A stretch of 64,000 bases of DNA from Chrysomallon squamiferum. Taxonomy: Eukaryota; Animalia; Mollusca. A model generated the notes under the pieces. The model ran no database searches, was not told the DNA's origin, and was given only the letters and a program-made list of their open reading frames with translations. Made by a program: the position numbers and the translations under genes. The stretch covers positions 14,508,001 through 14,572,000 of the forward strand of contig CM022679.1 in NCBI GenBank assembly GCA_012295275.1, written 5' to 3'. Position 1 is the first letter of the stretch, and the number at the start of each line of letters is the position of its first letter. Below, in pieces: positions 60,291 through 64,000 of this stretch.

Positions 60291-60696
60291 CCTATAACAA
60301 CAACAACAGGTATACCTTGTTGAAGGTAACAAATATGACCTCTCTCAGGTGGAAGAGTGTAGTACTCATTGTTTCAAACAGAATGTCTAGAACTAAATCT
60401 ACTTCCCTCTTCACCTGCTGTCCTTCAGGCAACATCCGCACCAGCTTCTGAACTATCTACAAACAGACATCACACATTCAGTATGTAAAACAGACATCAC
60501 ACATTCAGTATGTAAAACAGTCATCACACATTCAGTATGTAAAACAGTCATCACACATTCAGTATGTAAAACAGTCATCACACATTCAGTATGTAAAACA
60601 GACAAAAATTACTGCTAATTCTCTTTTACCATATATCACAATTATGAATTTATTTACACTTAAATATTTCTTTATTTATTGTTTTATTACTCTTGC

Positions 60697-60764
<68 letters not shown>

Positions 60765-63068
60765 TTTTATTTTTATCTTAAAAACATGTATATAATATTT
60801 TTTAAAACTAACTTTCATCACTCGGAAATTTATTTTTAAATATAAAAAATTTAAAATGACATTAACTTGAAAATTATTAAATGATAATCTGTTCAGTAAT
60901 AATAACTCCTATCTGCAGTATACTGTCAAATCTGATAAAATCTCAGATTTATAATAATACTTACTACATATTCTCCTTTTGTGTACTGTGCATTTGGACA
61001 TGAAACTCGTTCTGACTCACCAGGCTTTGCACCATAAGGAAATCCCTAGAATATATTTAACTATATTAATTACAGTCAGATTATAATGGTTGAACAATTT
61101 TTTAAAGTAATATATTTTTAAAAATTTTAAGCAAATATATAAATTATACGTGTGCACACAATATCATACAGACACATGCATGTATATTTGACAAAAGGGA
61201 AAATAAAATTGTAAAAATTTTTTTTTTTTTTTTTTTTTCTTAATTCGAGTTCATGTGCATATGTGTATTTCTATGTGTACTTGTGTTTGTGTTATTTAAT
61301 AGCTTTTGTATTTATATAGGTTTAGTTTCTATGAAACATTGGATTGCTAGGTTCCTAGATAGGTATATCAGACCACCATGCATATTCAATATTACATCTA
61401 CAAAAACGATTGCGTCCCTTGCTATGAAATTCAAGCTATATTTACGAATGTTTCCACTCCAGGAAGACAGATCAAACAGTGTGGTTCTTACCCTGATGTG
61501 AAAGAAGACGAGAGCTGCGACTGCCATGGCCTGGGACGTTCGACTCTTGCCAGTCCTGCACTGAAAGACAAAAGCCAGGTGATCTTCCTGCCACTCAGTC
61601 TGACTAGGATAGTAGCTGAACAGAAGCTGTTGAATGTCGTCAAATTCCTATAATGAGAAGGCGGTAACAAAAACTAAAAACGTTATATTTAATAACAGGA
61701 GTCAAAACCAACTGGCAAACTGCAGAAACTGAAGATTTTCGCAAAAAGTTTTTTTTATTTTATGTTTTGGTTTTTCATGCAGTTACTAACTATATTACGT
61801 AAACATCCTGCAGACTATCTGTGTAAGATGTCAACAAAATGTAAATAGAATTCATTTTTAGACTTAGATTCTATTTTCAGACTGTCTAGTTATATTCAAA
61901 AAAAAAAAAAAAAAAAAAACGAAACACGTCCAGTCCCAAGCATTTCGGATAAAAAATTCTCAACCTATATCACCAAATAAACACGACTGACCTGGAAACA
62001 TATCATATGTTATGCAATAAAAAAATATATATATTTTTTTTTAAATAAAAAATAATAACGTCAGTCAAGGATATAATAAAGTTCTTCGTTAGTCGGCTGC
62101 AAACAACCATATCATACTCATGACGCAGACTCGATAAAGAAACCATGTCCTCTTACAAAAACATAGTTGATATTTATCTCATATAAAAACACTACATCGT
62201 TACTTATGCAGTGTTTCATTATTAAGCCTACGCAGTTTTTTTTTTTATCCAATATAAATAACTTTGTAAACAAAAAAACATATAGAGATATTCTCGAAGC
62301 AATGCCACTGTATCACATATGATCAATTAAAGTGTGATAAAAAAATAAAAAAATAAAATAAAAATCCCAGTACTAAAACATAGCGCTATTGGACGTGCAA
62401 CTGGACTCTACTATTATCGTAATCGAACGTTCAGTAACATGTACTCCAGCGGCAAAATGGAATCTTGAAAAATTGATTAATAAAAATGTCGTTGAATGGT
62501 GTTTTCCACACTGGCCAGTTATATCGCCTTGGGCAGTTATAATGACCCTCGAACATCACTTAGAGTTTGAACACGTTCAATATGACAACCTGATCATAAT
62601 TATTAGATTTTATTCTTTTTCTTTTCGATCTGTTCAAAATGTTGCATTACCAGGTTTCTTCAGAGAGAATCTTAAAATGTTTTCAAATATCAGAAACCAT
62701 ACTCTTAGGTTTGAGAAAGATAGGGAGAATTAAATGTGCCATTGTGTGTGTATGTGTGGGCGTGTGCGTGTGTGTGTGAGAGAGAGAGCTGAAAAAAGAT
62801 TCAGTGAAAGGGATATAAATATAATAACTATTCTTAGTGGGTTTATTTTTATTTTATTTTTTTTTTATTATTCGTGATTTTATTAAATATGAGTATCCAT
62901 TTAATACTTAAATTATACCTTCTCTTCCATACAGTGGTCACACTGAAACGGCAAGCGATGGTAACGTAGGTCTAAAGTCTGCAGTCTCTGATGCTCCCAG
63001 AGGTCATACGGGGTCAGTACACTGGCGAACTTCTTCGTTGTAGGAGGGTCACCAATCTCTATACGAAC
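59241..63068 (-). CDS. PALD1: Paladin (PTP-like phosphatase domain protein), last six coding exons; gene continues beyond window
   Basis: Exons 63068-62919, 61647-61492, 61045-60965, 60456-60316, 60012-59857, 59384-59241 (TGA); all phase 0, GT-AG. Translation includes LRYHRLP, AFVFQCRTGKSRTSQAMAVAALVFFHIRGFP, YTKGEYVIVQKLVRMLPEGQQVKREVD, HLREVI, YLERYIYLILYNCYLH, SFSLWMKQVA, matching the paladin C-terminus as I recall it. Confidence 0.9.
60461..60604. repeat. 27-bp tandem repeat AAACAG(A/T)CATCACACATTCAGTATGTA (5 copies) next to a paladin acceptor
   Basis: Direct reading; the minus-strand TAG acceptor is at 60457-60459. Confidence 0.9.
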
Positions 63069-63471
63069 CTGAAATATAAAAATCACAATTAACAGCATCA
63101 TATTAGCACATGTTATAAAAGAGATTGTTATACTGCTTCATAACTACATGTATGTGCGTTTCTCTATTCACTTGTTCAGAAATGATCTTTCGTGCAGTGG
63201 TCTTGCAGGAACGTCGAAACAAGGCCATTCCTTGTAATTACAAAATTGTTAATTTGTCAAAGATGTTAAATATTTTAAAATAAAAATTCAGCTGATTCAT
63301 ATACTACTTGATTAAGACGAATGTCGTGCATGTTATTTAAGAATTCCGTCACTGTAGTTTAGTTTTATACTGTATCGATATAATTTCAGGTTTGATTTAT
63401 TTTATTTTGTTTGATTTATTTTATTTTGTTTGTTTTTAATTAATTAATTAATTAATTAATTAATTTAATTA

Positions 63472-63519
<48 letters not shown>

Positions 63520-63547
63520 TATTATTATATGGCAATATAAATATATA

Positions 63548-64000
63548 CAGTGGTACCTTGGCTTGCGAGTTTAATTAGTTCCGTGACTGAGCTTGTAACT
63601 CAACTTACTTGTATATCAAATCAATTTTCCCAACCGAAATTAATTAAAATACCATTAATCCGTTCCAGCCTCACAAAACTACCCCATTTTTATTTTTGTA
63701 ACGTGTTTTTAAATAAGAAAAATGTATTTATAAATGATTAATATTGTATGAAAACAAAATAAAAGAGAATGTAAAGAAATAAATTGGTTTTGTAAAATGT
63801 ATTTATCTTGGCGATCAGACACATTATTTTAACGCCTTTGGCTGGAGTTACAGGCGTTATCGACTCCTTCTGCTTTATGTGTGGTAGTACGCTCATACTG
63901 TCTAGCCAAGTCGACACCTCGCTCATAATTTTCTATGATTTCATTCTTTAATTCAATTGACATAATCCGCTTCTTCTTCTCAGCACTGTCCTTTGCATTC
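63548..64000 (-). mobile_element. Internally deleted Tigger/pogo (Tc1/mariner superfamily) DNA transposon; truncated by the window edge
   Basis: TA followed by a TIR-type end CAGTGGTACCTTGGCTTGCGAGTTTAATT at 63548. Minus strand ~64000-63825 translates NAKDSAEKKKRIMSIELKNEIIENYERGVDLARQYER, then after a frameshift KQKESITPVTPAKGVKI, resembling the N-terminal HTH of Tigger transposases. No DDE domain lies before the TIR. Confidence 0.8.

Overview
This is AT-rich, intron-rich animal genomic DNA full of microsatellites. A mollusc, possibly a cephalopod, is my guess from composition and gene content only. Five spliced genes can be built by hand from splice sites and reading phase. (1) 555-16204 (+), 5'-partial: a ~1,030-aa chitinase-like protein with two GH18 domains, both lacking the catalytic Glu (DGIEIHWRH, FDGLELHWVYP), joined by a ~200-aa Thr/Ala/Lys linker and ending in a CBM14. 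(2) 18673-26943 (+): a tandem paralogue that is a canonical, predicted-active chitinase (FDGLDIDWEYP) with a Thr linker and CBM14. (3) 38662-29299 (-): a 15-exon SLC5 Na+/solute symporter of the SMCT/NIS/SMVT group. (4) 42253-51867 (+): a 3-exon GPI-anchored Ly6/uPAR (three-finger) protein. (5) 63068-59241 (-): the 3' part of paladin (PALD1), with a decayed Tigger/pogo transposon in the intron at the window edge. Almost all entries in the ORF track are artefacts of simple repeats. Three 1-nt homopolymer frameshifts look like assembly errors, but a frameshift plus TAG in one exon is less easily explained. The most notable system is the pairing of an active chitinase with a doubly dead chitinase-like protein built from phase-1 GH18 cassettes. 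No database search was run, so novelty is unverified.
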